Shown here in pieces: positions 1-9,952 of a DNA stretch of 62,423 nucleotides. The notes below the pieces were generated by a model. That model was not told where the DNA came from and ran no database searches. It saw only the letters and a list, made by a program, of their open reading frames with translations. This DNA comes from Pseudomonadota bacterium. GTDB taxonomy: Bacteria > Pseudomonadota > Gammaproteobacteria > JAKBBU01. The stretch is taken from NCBI GenBank assembly GCA_021808365.1, contig JAKBBU010000004.1, forward strand, positions 1 to 62,423, written 5' to 3'. Within the stretch, counting starts at the first letter, position 1. Every line of letters starts with the position of its first letter. A program made the translations under genes and the position numbers.

Positions 1-28
1 ATCCAACCCCGAATTACCGGAGACTTTG

Positions 29-480
29 CTAAGCCACTTTTAGCTCTTCAAAATTAACCGGACTTAAATATCCAAGTTTAGAATGAAGACGCGTTCGATT
101 ATAATACACTTCAATGTAATCAAACACCTGATGTTTAGCTTCATCGCGTGTTTTGAATTTCTCACCGTGTATCGCTTCAACCTTAAAGCTATGATTCCAA
201 CTTTCCATAGCCGCATTATCAAAACAATCTCCCCGTTTGCTCATGCTACAAATTAGCCCATGTTGCTTCAGCAGGTTTTGGTAATCGCCCGAACAATATT
301 GACTCCCGCGATCAGAATGAATGATCACGCCTCGAGGCATTTTACGTTGCCATAAAGCCATCATCAGAGCATTGCTGACTAAGGGTGTCGTCATGCGTTC
401 AGACAACGCCCAGCCAATGACTTTACGCGAATATAAATCCATCACCACAGCGAGGTAAAGCCAGCCTTCATCCGTCCAGA
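29..480 (-). CDS. IS3-family transposase OrfB, C-terminal DDE/integrase-core part (3' exon relative to the intron)
   Basis: The ORF at 29-448 carries VVMDLYSRKVIGW...HSDRGSQY...ESWNHSFK...RLHSKLGYLSP. The frame stays open upstream to 480 (WTDEGWLYLAVV), where it abuts the intron 3' end. Confidence 0.85.
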
Positions 481-531
481 GTAGAGTAAGAGGCAGAGCG
501 TAGTCGCACTATTTCTCTGCCTCTCCTCTCC

Positions 532-565
532 GAACCGTACGTGCACCTTTCAGCGCATACGGCTC
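532..565 (-). ncRNA. Group II intron catalytic domain V
   Basis: The minus strand reads gagccgtatgcgctgaaaggtgcacgtacggttc. This is the canonical 34-nt domain V hairpin, with the AGC triad and a GAAA tetraloop. Confidence 0.9.
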
Positions 566-574
566 TCCACTTAA

Positions 575-2104
575 CTATGGACTAACTGCCATAGCAACAT
601 CAGCATAGCGAGAGGTGATTGTATTTCTGATTTCATCTCTAAGATAAGGGTTGACCTCTGGCAGCCGCCAACGGAAGGTGCGTTTAGGGCTGCTCACTAA
701 TCGATATAATGAGACGCCACACAAATTACCTTTGTTGGTTTTGCCAAACAGTACCCATGTTTTAGCTTTGCTTTCTGCGGGCCGTTTGCACCATCGTTTC
801 ATCAATGACTTGATGCTGCAACGGTATTTACGCGCCAGCCAGTGAGCCAGTTTCCAGAAAATAATTCGGTCTATTTTACTGTAAACTTTGGCCGTGAAAT
901 CAGTGAAGCAGTAAAACTGTGCCCAGCCAGTTAATTTCTGATTAAGCTTTTCTACTTTATCAATCTTGCTATGACTGTAATCTGCCGATAATTCTTGACT
1001 CAAAGAGTGAGCAAAGGCTTTCGATTTCGTCGCAGGAATGCCCGTGACTACTCGCATATTGCCTTTCGGTCCCCGTTTGCGTACAAGCCGGTGCCCTAGA
1101 AAAATGAACCCGTCATTCACATGAGTAATACGGGTTTTATCCCTATTTAATGTGAGTTTGAGTTTGTTTTCCAGAAATGCTCGGCATTGTTCGCGGATGA
1201 TGGCTGCTTCCTCTTTTGTGCCTTTGACGATGACTATAAAATCATCGGCATAACGGCAATAAGCAACAGCGGGTTTCCATTCTCTCTTTTGCTCGATAGC
1301 CGGTTTCCGACCAATTTTGATACTGTGATTCCAATACCATCGGTCTTTCCGTGCTTTCTTACTGAGGTAGCATTCATCCAGATATTGATCAAACTCATTG
1401 AGCATGATGTTTGATAATAATGGCGAGATCACTCCTCCCTGCGGAACTCCTTCACTCGCTGCATAGAATAGATTTTTCTCGACGTGTCCAGCTTTAATAA
1501 AGCGCCACAACAAATCATTAAAGCGTTTGCAGTTGATCCGTTTACGTATGCACTTCATCAGTAACTTGTGATGTACCGTATCAAAGTAACTGGATAAATC
1601 ACCTTCAATGATCCAGCGTCCTCTGGTTTCATTTGAATCAGTTAACTGTAGCTTTACCGTACGAATAGCATGGTGAACGCTGCGTTCTGGCCTGAATCCA
1701 TAGGATAGTGAATGAAAATCGTTCTCCCATATGGGTTCCATGGCCATTAACATGGCTCTTTGCACTATTCTATCTTGTAGTGTGGGAATACCTAGCGGCC
1801 GTAATTTACCATTCGCTTTAGGAATGTAAACTCTTTTTGCCGGTTGCGGTTGATAGTCGCCTGACAATAAATCATTTCTAATTTTAGTCAGACATGTAGT
1901 CAACGTTTCCTGCAATTTGAATTTAGTGATCCCATCAACTCCAGGTGTATGAGCGCCTTTTGAAGATAGAGTGATTTCTGCTGCTTCTTTGAGCCAGTCA
2001 GGATCGCTGATGAGACGCAGCAGCCGATTCACTCGTCGCGTTTTATCCGCTGCAGTCCATGTTGCTAATTTGCGTTGCATTTCACTGATGATCAAGGTCT
2101 TCAC
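575..2104 (-). CDS. Group II intron-encoded reverse transcriptase/maturase
   Basis: 509 aa. RT blocks are present (KANGKLRPLGIPTLQDRIVQRA, SYGFRP, YADDFIVIV), followed by a maturase/X region. No obvious HNH endonuclease tail was seen. The stop lies 10 nt before domain V. Confidence 0.9.
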   Translation of the reverse strand: MKTLIISEMQRKLATWTAADKTRRVNRLLRLISDPDWLKEAAEITLSSKGAHTPGVDGITKFKLQETLTTCLTKIRNDLLSGDYQPQPAKRVYIPKANGKLRPLGIPTLQDRIVQRAMLMAMEPIWENDFHSLSYGFRPERSVHHAIRTVKLQLTDSNETRGRWIIEGDLSSYFDTVHHKLLMKCIRKRINCKRFNDLLWRFIKAGHVEKNLFYAASEGVPQGGVISPLLSNIMLNEFDQYLDECYLSKKARKDRWYWNHSIKIGRKPAIEQKREWKPAVAYCRYADDFIVIVKGTKEEAAIIREQCRAFLENKLKLTLNRDKTRITHVNDGFIFLGHRLVRKRGPKGNMRVVTGIPATKSKAFAHSLSQELSADYSHSKIDKVEKLNQKLTGWAQFYCFTDFTAKVYSKIDRIIFWKLAHWLARKYRCSIKSLMKRWCKRPAESKAKTWVLFGKTNKGNLCGVSLYRLVSSPKRTFRWRLPEVNPYLRDEIRNTITSRYADVAMAVSP

Positions 2105-2755
2105 CTCCTATTTTCAGATAGTCTGCTGACGCAGATTAATTAAGCTGTGTCCCTTCGCCCTGTGATAGGCTTTCCCCACCTCCGACTACTACGAACACTC
2201 CGCCGATTTATTTGTCATTGAGGTCATGCTCTCTTAATCATCCAAATAAATCTTCCCCGGTTTACCTATTTGAACTCAACCATACTGTTTTGGATGCCCA
2301 TCGCAATCTTTAACCTTATCGTGCTGTAAGGTGATAACGTTTGAATGTAGAACTGTGGTGTAACATTCATCTGTAGCCAATGCGCTACGTCTCATTGGCT
2401 AGGCGGTATTTCCATCCATACATATAATGGAAGTTACAACGTTATACTGCCTATTAACTCGAGTAGGCAGTGGCGACATTTCAGCCCATAGATGCGGGTT
2501 AATGGGTTCATGTTCTTCATCCGTTCAGTACTTAGTCTTGGGAAGCATCTTGATTTATCGAGTTCATCTCACTTCCCTTTGTCAGCGGGTTACATCACCT
2601 TATCAGCATACGGTAAGTCACTGCCGCTCAGACTCAGGCGCTTACACAGCTAAGCACCGTCTTGTACATGTTTATTTCCTCCTCATTGTAAAAGAATTTC
2701 AAATAGATTCGTGGTTCTCTTTAAGCTTCCATGCTGCTGTAAAACTCCGGGCACA

Positions 2756-3165
2756 CTGTACGTGATATCGCTGACCCATTTCTCATCAGGTTTCGTGGCC
2801 TCAAAGTTTTGTTGTAATAAATTAGGCGCAACAGGTAGTCGATGGTTGCTGTTCGTCGTGGCTTTGTATTTCTTAGCTGCGCGTGCACGCCATTGATTCT
2901 CACGCATTAATCGTGCAATCCGGTGACGACCCACCGTGTGACCTTGCGCCTTTAAACGTTGATAAATTCGCATCGCGCCTGGGCGTGATTTCTCTTGGTC
3001 AAAAATAGTTTTAATCTGCTGTGTCAGCTCGATATTCGCTTGTTTTCGTGCTGAAGGTTTACGACCTAGCCAATCGTAATAACCGCTCGAAGAAACGCCT
3101 AAAAGATGACACATGCGCCCAATTGAATAACACGTCGAATGTTGTTTGATCATCGCGTACCTCAC
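2756..3165 (-). CDS. IS3-family transposase OrfB, N-terminal part (5' exon)
   Basis: The sequence ...GYYDWLGRKPSARKQAN...RIYQRLKAQGHTVGRHRIARLMREN...KPDEKWVSDITY ends at the intron 5' splice site. It is in the -1 frame relative to orfA. Confidence 0.85.
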
Positions 3166-3461
3166 TTCGTGTCTTTCGCAAAGTACGCTGCCGCTTTTTT
3201 TAAGAATGAATTTTCTTCTTGTAATCGGCTATTTTCTCGTTTCAACCGAGCCATCTCAGCCTGTTGGAGCTTTTGATTTTCTAGCGTATCTCCGCCTTGT
3301 TTGCGCTTGGCTCGCCATGAATAAATCATCGCTTCGGCAAGACCTAAATCCTTGGCAACTTGAGAGACTCCATCTTTCGCTACGCGTTCAAGCACTTGCT
3401 CTTTGAATTGGGGACTATATTTTTTTCGGGTCTTGGCTTTGACCTTATTTTTCTCACTCAT
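3162..3461 (-). CDS. IS3-family transposase OrfA (helix-turn-helix, leucine-zipper tail)
   Basis: 99 aa. KKYSPQFKEQVLERVAKDGVSQVAKDLGLAEAMIYSWR is the typical IS3/IS911 OrfA HTH. A coiled-coil tail (LQQAEMARLKRENSRLQEENSFLKKA) follows. Confidence 0.9.
   Translation of the reverse strand: MSEKNKVKAKTRKKYSPQFKEQVLERVAKDGVSQVAKDLGLAEAMIYSWRAKRKQGGDTLENQKLQQAEMARLKRENSRLQEENSFLKKAAAYFAKDTK
3195..3201 (-). promoter_or_regulatory. Programmed -1 ribosomal frameshift slippery heptamer (A AAA AAA) at the orfA/orfB overlap
   Basis: A run of 7 T lies on the plus strand. In the orfA frame it reads TTA AAA AAA GCG. The orfB frame is -1 relative to orfA, worked out from the coordinates. Confidence 0.7.
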
Positions 3462-3535
3462 CGTTCACCTCGTTTAACAGATTTTACTCTCTTAACAAGG
3501 TCTCCGACAAATCGGGGCTAGATCAAAATGCTATA

Positions 3536-3577
3536 AACCTAAATTCGGCAGTTGTAATCTACTGCCGAATTTAGGTT
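3536..3577. repeat. Solo hairpin made of the same inverted-repeat sequence as the MITE at 21875-22065
   Basis: The sequence is aacctaaattcggcagt tgtaatct actgccgaatttaggtt, a 17-bp perfect stem. The same 17-mer forms the termini of the 191-bp element between recG and dapB. Confidence 0.8.
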
Positions 3578-3602
3578 AAATAACAATCATTGGAATTAAA
3601 AA

Positions 3603-4373
3603 ATGCCAGATACTTTTCAAAAATTACCCATACCGATGGACACTACAACAAAATTTGATTTTGATTTCGAAAGTGAACAATCTTTGGCTATATTATCTAC
3701 TTACACAACCCATGAGATTGAAGAAAACCGCACTATTGAGATCGTAGAATTACCACTCTCGCCTGAAGAATTATTTTTTAACGCCATAAAAAACAACAAC
3801 CTGACAACTTTAAAGATTATCATTACCAAACATGGCATTGATCTGAATAAAACAACAAATGATAAAGGGGAAAATGCGCTTCATCTAGCTGCCCGTCATG
3901 GGAGCATTTATATTGTTCGCTACTTAGTCCAAGAAAAAGCTATTGATATTTTCAGCATCACAGATAATGACGATGAATGCACAGCCCTTCATATTGCTGC
4001 AAAAAACGGCCATACTGCAATTGTAATTTTACTCCTTAACCTTGGCGTTAACCCTGATATTGAAGATAATTATAATGAAACACCACTACACTACGCTGCT
4101 AGAGAAGGCCATTTTAATGTAGTTAAAGCTCTTATCAGAAAAAATGCTGACATCAATAAAAAAAATGAATTTGATGAAACCCCTAAGGACTTAGCTTTAA
4201 AAGGAAAGAGTAACGTAGAACAAAGGTTGCAAGGTGTACACAACAATAATCCTTTCGATCATTTAACTCAAAAATATAAAAAATTCTTAGCAACACATAG
4301 CTTATTTTCGACCGAAAAAACGCACCCAACCTATCAAGAAAGTAACAGCTATAGCATTAGCATTCTGCAATGA
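3603..4373 (+). CDS. Ankyrin-repeat protein (eukaryotic-like; candidate Dot/Icm substrate)
   Basis: 256 aa. There are at least three ANK repeats: GENALHLAARHGSIYIVRYLV; TALHIAAKNGHTAIVILLLNLGVNPD; ETPLHYAAREGHFNVVKALIRKNADIN. The gene is visibly AT-rich compared with its neighbours and sits next to the IS. Confidence 0.85.
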   Translation: MPDTFQKLPIPMDTTTKFDFDFESEQSLAILSTYTTHEIEENRTIEIVELPLSPEELFFNAIKNNNLTTLKIIITKHGIDLNKTTNDKGENALHLAARHGSIYIVRYLVQEKAIDIFSITDNDDECTALHIAAKNGHTAIVILLLNLGVNPDIEDNYNETPLHYAAREGHFNVVKALIRKNADINKKNEFDETPKDLALKGKSNVEQRLQGVHNNNPFDHLTQKYKKFLATHSLFSTEKTHPTYQESNSYSISILQ

Positions 4374-4383
4374 CGACTATTTT

Positions 4384-5547
4384 TCACTTAAAAATCTCTT
4401 CCGAAATCCCTTCACTTTCGAGTATTTTTTTCAATGCTCGCAGGGCTTCAACTTGAATTTGGCGAACGCGTTCTCGTGTCAATCCAATTTCCTTGCCCAC
4501 ATCTTCAAGCGTTGCACGCTCATGGCCCTGTAACCCGAAGCGACGCACAATCACCTCGTGTTGTTTTTCCGACAAGCTATTAATCCACGAATCAATACTT
4601 TGACTTAAGTTTTCATCTTGTAATAATTCAGCCGGATCAGAATTATTATCATCCGCCAAGGTGTCAACCAAAAGACGATCCGCATCTTTGCCAACAGGCG
4701 TATCCACGGACGTAATTTTTTCATTCAGGCTTAACATACGTTTTACATCGGCAACAGGCCGATCAACCGCGGCTGCAATTTCTTCAGGGCTTGGATCATG
4801 ATCCAGCGTTTGTGACAATTCACGCGCAGCTTTCAAATAAAAATTTAATTCTTTGACCACATGGATCGGCAACCGTATCGTGCGTGTTTGATTCATGATC
4901 GCACGCTCAATCGTTTGACGGATCCACCATGTGGCGTAGGTTGAAAATCGAAACCCACGCTCAGGATCAAATTTTTCAACAGCGCGGATCAAACCTAAAT
5001 TGCCTTCTTCGATCAAATCAAGCAGTGCAAGACCTCGATTGCAATAACGCCGAGCCACCTTGACCACGAGCCGTAAATTACTTTCAATCATCCGTTGGCG
5101 TGCAGCCGTATTTCCTTGTAAAGAAAGACGACCAAAATGAACTTCTTCTTCCGCAGAAAGCAGCGGCGAAAAACCAATTTCACTTAAATAAAGTTGTGTT
5201 GCATCCATATCGCGTTCAGTAGAACCCACACGTCGACGAACGGGCTGAGGAAAGGGATCAGGTTCAGCGATATCTTCTACTGCCTCAGTAAATGCTTCAA
5301 AAATAACTTCTTCCGGTAAAACTTCATTGATCTTTTCTTCATCTTCAGGAAGAAATGATAGATCGATATCAGTCTCTGGCACATCCACCAATAGATCGGA
5401 TTCTGGAGAAATATCCGGTTTTTTTTTGGTCCGACTACCGGCCGCGCGAATAGAATTATTTTTTCGAAGTTCCATTGTGCATTCGTCCTCTAGATCCAGC
5501 ATGCGACCGACCTCCCCATAGGAATCGTTAAAAAACTCAGTCAACAT
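4384..5547 (-). CDS. rpoS: RNA polymerase sigma factor RpoS (sigma-38)
   Basis: Sigma-70 regions 2-4 are present ([52 protein letters not shown]). It lies directly downstream of surE. It has a long acidic N-terminal extension. Confidence 0.85.
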   Translation of the reverse strand: MLTEFFNDSYGEVGRMLDLEDECTMELRKNNSIRAAGSRTKKKPDISPESDLLVDVPETDIDLSFLPEDEEKINEVLPEEVIFEAFTEAVEDIAEPDPFPQPVRRRVGSTERDMDATQLYLSEIGFSPLLSAEEEVHFGRLSLQGNTAARQRMIESNLRLVVKVARRYCNRGLALLDLIEEGNLGLIRAVEKFDPERGFRFSTYATWWIRQTIERAIMNQTRTIRLPIHVVKELNFYLKAARELSQTLDHDPSPEEIAAAVDRPVADVKRMLSLNEKITSVDTPVGKDADRLLVDTLADDNNSDPAELLQDENLSQSIDSWINSLSEKQHEVIVRRFGLQGHERATLEDVGKEIGLTRERVRQIQVEALRALKKILESEGISEEIFK

Positions 5548-5618
5548 GATGTTAATAACAGATGCAAAAAATCTTGTAAATGTATCTTTGCGCGATTACA
5601 AGAGAATGCGTGGATCTC

Positions 5619-6377
5619 TTAGTCGTCAATCGATAAACTGCGCACCCACTGCGATAGCCGATCAAAGGCCTGATAGTGCGTGAGATCAACGTGCATGGGT
5701 GTAATAGAAACATTGCCAGAATTGATCGCATGAAAATCCGTACCTACTCCTGCATCATTCTCAGCACCTGAAAGCCCCACCCAATAAATAAAATTCCCTC
5801 GTGGATCTTGCATTTTAATGGTCGGTTCCGCACAGTGCCGCGTGCCTAAACGCGTCACTTCAAATCCCTTGATCTCATCAAAGGGTACATCGGGGACATT
5901 CACATTCAAGATCGTATCGACCGGTAATGGCACTTTGAGAAGTTGTTGCACAATCAACAGCGCCACTTGTCCAGCCGTATCATAGTGACGTAGATCCTTG
6001 CCCGCCAATGACATTGCAATGGCAGGCAACCCTTGAAAACGCCCTTGTGTGGCGGCAGCAACGGTGCCCGAATACAAAACATCATCACCTAAATTGGCAC
6101 CCGCATTGATCCCCGAAACCACCATGTCAGGCGAGCGCTCGAGTAAACCGGTGATTGCTAAATGGACACAATCCGTTGGCGTACCTTCAACGCTGATGAA
6201 TCCATTGTCCAGTGTTTTGATCCGCAGTGGATTATCCAAAGTCAACGAGTTGCTCGCTCCACTGCGATTGCGATCGGGGGCAACCACATGGAGTCTTGCG
6301 ATTTGAGAGAGATGTTTTGCGAGAGTCGTCAAACCGATGGCGAGCACGCCATCATCGTTGCTGAGTAATATTTCCAC
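5619..6377 (-). CDS. surE: 5'/3'-nucleotidase SurE
   Basis: The N-terminus has the [11 protein letters not shown] signature, followed by GTPTDCV and SGINAGAN motifs. 252 aa. Confidence 0.9.
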   Translation of the reverse strand: MEILLSNDDGVLAIGLTTLAKHLSQIARLHVVAPDRNRSGASNSLTLDNPLRIKTLDNGFISVEGTPTDCVHLAITGLLERSPDMVVSGINAGANLGDDVLYSGTVAAATQGRFQGLPAIAMSLAGKDLRHYDTAGQVALLIVQQLLKVPLPVDTILNVNVPDVPFDEIKGFEVTRLGTRHCAEPTIKMQDPRGNFIYWVGLSGAENDAGVGTDFHAINSGNVSITPMHVDLTHYQAFDRLSQWVRSLSIDD

Positions 6378-6382
6378 GCTTC

Positions 6383-6928
6383 TTAATCCTGATCCATAAC
6401 GGCCGCTTGCCGTTGTAAAAATTCATCACTTGCATGATAGCCATTACGTTTTAAAATTTCATTTCTCACAGCAGCTTCAACAAGGATGTCCAAATTTCGT
6501 CCTGGCGCAACCGGTACGGTGACTTCGGGAATATCAACACCGAGAATATTGCGCGAGCGGTGCATCCCATGAAGGCGATCCATTTTATACAATTGTTCGT
6601 CCCTTAAGACGACCAATTGAATGATGAGCCGCAGCCGCTTACTTTCGCGAATCGCAGTATCACCAAACATAGCACGAATATTTAAAATACCGATCCCTCG
6701 TACTTCAAGAAAATCTTGCAAGACGGAAGGACAACTGCCGATGATTGCATCGTTGGTGCTTTTGTGGAAAGCTGGTGCATCATCGGCAATAAGGGTGTGC
6801 CCTCTATTGATGAGGTCCAGCGCCAACTCACTCTTACCGATACCGCTTTCACCCGTTAAGAGGACTCCAAGGCCCAAAACTTCCATGTACACACCATGGA
6901 CGGTGAGCTGTTCATCGAGATTGAGCAT
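6383..6928 (-). CDS. hprK: HPr kinase/phosphorylase, short form (C-terminal kinase domain only)
   Basis: [41 protein letters not shown] matches the HprK P-loop region. At 181 aa it has no N-terminal domain. Confidence 0.8.
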   Translation of the reverse strand: MLNLDEQLTVHGVYMEVLGLGVLLTGESGIGKSELALDLINRGHTLIADDAPAFHKSTNDAIIGSCPSVLQDFLEVRGIGILNIRAMFGDTAIRESKRLRLIIQLVVLRDEQLYKMDRLHGMHRSRNILGVDIPEVTVPVAPGRNLDILVEAAVRNEILKRNGYHASDEFLQRQAAVMDQD

Positions 6929-6936
6929 AGTGTTGC

Positions 6937-7227
6937 CTAATGGTGATCTTTAAGTTTGTCCTTGTGTTTATCCACAAGCTTTTTTAATTTTTCATACAGC
7001 AGATCAATGGCTTCATACAAGTCTTTTGATTGTGCACTGGCTTGTAGATGGGTACCAGGAACATGGACCTGGGCTTCTGCCCATTGTTCTAATTTTTCAA
7101 CACCGAGGGTGACATCGATGCTGATGATGCTTGGAAAGTGGCGGCTCAGTCGGCTGAGTTTTTCAGTGACTGTCGTGCGTAGGGCGTCTGTGATTTCAAT
7201 GTGACGACCTTTAAATGTTATTTGCAT
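6937..7227 (-). CDS. hpf: Ribosome hibernation promoting factor (HPF/YhbH, short form)
   Basis: 96 aa. MQITFKGRHIEITDALRTTVTEKLSRL... is the typical sigma-54 modulation protein/S30EA fold signature. Confidence 0.85.
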   Translation of the reverse strand: MQITFKGRHIEITDALRTTVTEKLSRLSRHFPSIISIDVTLGVEKLEQWAEAQVHVPGTHLQASAQSKDLYEAIDLLYEKLKKLVDKHKDKLKDHH

Positions 7228-7460
7228 GATAAATCCTTACTTGCTGGAAATTTACGACCCCTAGTTTTAGTATAACATGTTTCCGAATTTAGTCATAAAG
7301 GGTTACAGTGAAGGCCACACCAATACCACAAAGCAGTTTCAGGCCCTAAATGCGAATTTCTGTTGAGGCAATTAAATTTCAAGTGCGAAATCTACTTGAG
7401 AGCGTCAATTTGTGCCGATTTTACCTTTTTTGCAGCTAGGAGAGTCAATGTAAACAGACC

Positions 7461-8381
7461 CTAAACTAAATTCTCAATAAATCTCTGTAAAATCGGATCC
7501 AAATCGGCTTTAAATGAAAAATCTTTCTTTAAATGATCCAAGTAAAACGAAATAGAAACAGCATGTAAAAATAATCGGTTCAAGCCTTGCACTTTTAACT
7601 GTTTATTTAAAGACCAATCGCCGTATCTATCATCTCCCGCAATGGGGTGACCTGCATGTGCGGCATGAACGCGGATCTGATGCGTACGACCCGTTAAAGG
7701 TTCAGCTTGCACCAAGGTCCAGCTTTGAAAATGTTGCAATGGTTTAAAATCAGTGATTGCAGATGAGCCATCTTCTGCAACACACACACTTGTACCTATT
7801 TTGGATTCTGTCCGGCGAAGAGGAGCATCAATGCGCAGACTTTTTTCCCAACACCCAACAACCAATGCCAGATAACGTTTTGTGATTTGCCCTTCACGCA
7901 AAAGTTGATGTAATGCAAGAAGAGTTTTGCGATCTTTCGCTAACAGCAAACAACCTGAGGTCTCACGATCCAAACGATGTACTAATTCTAAAAAACCCGA
8001 CTGACCTTCGCGCGCACGCAACAACTCGATCAGGCCACTTTCAATACCGCTTCCTGCATGAACTGCCAGGCCTGAGGGTTTATTCAGTACTAATAAATGT
8101 TCATCTTCATACAGAATACATTGTTTGGTCTGCGCCACTTTTCGTGGATCGACGATTACTGTTGGCCCTTCTGAATCTTTAATAGGCGGCAAACGCACAA
8201 CATCGCCTTCTTGCAAACGATAATCTGCATCCACGCGTTTTTTATTCACGCGCACTTCACCTTTTCGCAAGACACGATAGACACGGCTTCGAGGCACGCG
8301 TTTGAATTGTGTTAATAAATAATTATCGATCCGTTGGCCTGTGGCTTCAGCTCCAATCGTCACGATGCGAACGGTGGTCAT
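7461..8381 (-). CDS. rluC: 23S rRNA pseudouridine synthase, RluC/RluA family
   Basis: An S4 RNA-binding domain is at the N-terminus (RIDNYL...[19 protein letters not shown]). The catalytic motif [15 protein letters not shown] is present. Confidence 0.8.
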   Translation of the reverse strand: MTTVRIVTIGAEATGQRIDNYLLTQFKRVPRSRVYRVLRKGEVRVNKKRVDADYRLQEGDVVRLPPIKDSEGPTVIVDPRKVAQTKQCILYEDEHLLVLNKPSGLAVHAGSGIESGLIELLRAREGQSGFLELVHRLDRETSGCLLLAKDRKTLLALHQLLREGQITKRYLALVVGCWEKSLRIDAPLRRTESKIGTSVCVAEDGSSAITDFKPLQHFQSWTLVQAEPLTGRTHQIRVHAAHAGHPIAGDDRYGDWSLNKQLKVQGLNRLFLHAVSISFYLDHLKKDFSFKADLDPILQRFIENLV

Positions 8382-9820
8382 GAATGAGTACCACCCACGG
8401 TCAACTGATCAATCTTTAATGTGGGCTGTCCAACACCCACTGGAACACTCTGGCCTTCCTTGCCACACACACCGACGCCCTCATCTAACTTAAGATCAGA
8501 ACCGATCATCGAAACCTTGGTTAAAACATCGGGACCATCGCCCACCAAGGTAGCGCCCTTGATCGGCGCCGTGATCTTACCGTTTTCGATTAAATACGCT
8601 TCACTGGCTGAAAATACAAATTTGCCCGAGGTGATATCCACTTGCCCACCTGCAAAATTCACGGCATAGATCCCACGCTTAACGGTCGCAATAATTTCCT
8701 CGGGTGCATAAGGGCCAGGTAACATGTAGGTGTTGGTCATCCGCGGCATCGGTAAGTGTGCATAAGATTCACGCCGCCCATTACCTGTACTTGCTCCACC
8801 CATTAAACGAGCATTTAATTTATCTTGTAGAAATCCTTTTAAAATCCCATTCTCGATCAAGGTTGTGCAGGATGTGGGCGTGCCTTCATCATCGATATTC
8901 AATGAACCTCGACGATTGGCGAGCGTGCCATTATCAACGACCGTGCATCCCGGTGCTGCCACACGTTCACCCACGCGCCCTGCAAATGCAGAACTGCCTT
9001 TGCGAATAAAATCACCCTCAAGGCCATGCCCAACCGCTTCATGCAACAAGACACCCGGCCAGCCAGATCCAAGTACAACAGGCATAGTTCCTGCAGGTGC
9101 AGGAATAGCTTGTAATAACACGAGGGCTTGGCGCACCGCTTCACGTGCATAGGCAAGACCACGATCGTCTTCAACAAAATATCGATAATCACCTCGAAGT
9201 CCGCCCCCAAACGAGGCTTGTTCACGTCGGCCATTTTCTTCGACAATCACGCTCACATTTAAACGCACCAGGGGCCGAACATCAGCTGCTAATTGGCCTT
9301 CACTGTTCATAACCAGAATCACTTCATGCAGACCATTGAGGCTCACAATCACTTGTTTGACGCGTGGATCACAATCACGAGCGCACGCATCGACTTGGCG
9401 AAGCAAGGCAATGCGTTCATCTTCAGTTAATACATTGAACGGACTTTGAGCCGTATACAAGGCATGTCCTTCCACCTTTTTCCACGCACGAACAGATTGT
9501 TGGCCGCCATGCCGAGCAATACTACGTGCAGCACTGGCAGCTTGTTCTAAGGCTGGCAGAAGAATGTCGTCAGAATAAGCAAAGCCTGTTTTTTCGCCCG
9601 TCAGTGCTCGCACGCCTACACCACGCTCAATGTTATACCCACCTTCCTTGATGATGCCATCTTCGAGAACCCAGGATTCATGCTCACTGGTTTGAAAATA
9701 AAGATCAGCCGCATCAACTTGATTACCTAAGATTTGTCCGAGAACCGAGGTAAGTTGGTTTTCGGTCAATCCGGCAGGCTCAAGAAGGGTAGCCTGTGCG
9801 ATGTCGATGAATTTGTCCAT
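8378..9820 (-). CDS. tldD: Metalloprotease TldD
   Basis: 480 aa of the TldD/PmbA family with [11 protein letters not shown]. It makes a 4-nt ATGA overlap with rluC. Confidence 0.9.
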   Translation of the reverse strand: MDKFIDIAQATLLEPAGLTENQLTSVLGQILGNQVDAADLYFQTSEHESWVLEDGIIKEGGYNIERGVGVRALTGEKTGFAYSDDILLPALEQAASAARSIARHGGQQSVRAWKKVEGHALYTAQSPFNVLTEDERIALLRQVDACARDCDPRVKQVIVSLNGLHEVILVMNSEGQLAADVRPLVRLNVSVIVEENGRREQASFGGGLRGDYRYFVEDDRGLAYAREAVRQALVLLQAIPAPAGTMPVVLGSGWPGVLLHEAVGHGLEGDFIRKGSSAFAGRVGERVAAPGCTVVDNGTLANRRGSLNIDDEGTPTSCTTLIENGILKGFLQDKLNARLMGGASTGNGRRESYAHLPMPRMTNTYMLPGPYAPEEIIATVKRGIYAVNFAGGQVDITSGKFVFSASEAYLIENGKITAPIKGATLVGDGPDVLTKVSMIGSDLKLDEGVGVCGKEGQSVPVGVGQPTLKIDQLTVGGTHS

Positions 9821-9823
9821 AGC

Positions 9824-9936
9824 TTAATGTTCTCTTAAGGTTAGACCCGTATCATAACCATAAATAACAAAAATAATACAAGAAAAATAATAAATGCTCT
9901 GAAAGCACTTTGCCCCACTTCGGTGGGGTTTTTTTT
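9824..9936 (+). repeat. Copy A of a ~110-nt repeat module ending in an intrinsic terminator (candidate sRNA or mobile terminator module)
   Basis: ttaatgttctcttaaggtt...aaataacaaaaa...gctctgaaagcactttgccccacttcggtggggtttttttt. It is homologous to copies at 9953-10060 and 39750-39860. Confidence 0.75.
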
Positions 9937-9952
9937 CTTCTTTTTTTCAACC

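Larger units (their letters stand above)
481..2755 (-). mobile_element. Group II intron (complete ribozyme plus intron-encoded protein) inserted in IS3 orfB
   Basis: On the minus strand the 5' end is GTGTG (2755-2751, GUGYG consensus). Domain V lies at 565-532. Domain VI is the helix gaggcagag/ctctgcctc with a bulged A 7 nt from the end, and the 3' end is AC (482-481). Deleting 481-2755 joins GATATCACGTACA|TCTGGACGGATGAA, which gives DITYIWTDEGWLYLAVVMDLY, a continuous OrfB. Confidence 0.9.
1..3525 (-). mobile_element. IS3-family insertion sequence (orfA plus -1 frameshifted orfB). orfB is interrupted by a group II intron. The far end is clipped by about 2 nt at the window edge.
   Basis: Terminal inverted repeats are present. 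The reverse complement of 3497-3525 (tgatctagccccgatttgtcggagacctt) aligns with positions 1-27 (atccaaccccgaattaccggagacttt) at roughly 22/27, assuming the missing tg lies just before the window. The element encloses orfA, two orfB pieces and the intron. It is about 1.25 kb without the intron, a typical IS3 size. Confidence 0.85.

Noticed and set aside
651-2765. Plus-strand ORFs 651-845, 1187-1414 and 2427-2765 inside the intron
   Set aside because: They are antisense to the intron-encoded RT or lie within ribozyme domains I-III. They have no domain signatures.
3526-3536. aaatgctataa immediately outside the IS3 end matches the outer-arm end of the full-length REP-like elements (…aaatgctataa at 19751-19760 and 53844-53854). 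This hints that the IS inserted into such an element.
   Set aside because: The match is only 11 nt in AT-rich sequence, and the other half would lie outside the window. It is too weak to claim.
7228-7460. 232-bp gap between rluC and hpf as a possible sRNA or sigma-54 promoter locus
   Set aside because: I saw only a degenerate REP-like remnant (caccaataccacaa) and two loose tgcgaaat direct repeats. There is no GG-N10-GC sigma-54 motif and no terminator that I could support.
8421-9246. Several 82-115-aa ORFs overlapping tldD on both strands
   Set aside because: These are shadow ORFs within a confidently assigned TldD gene.
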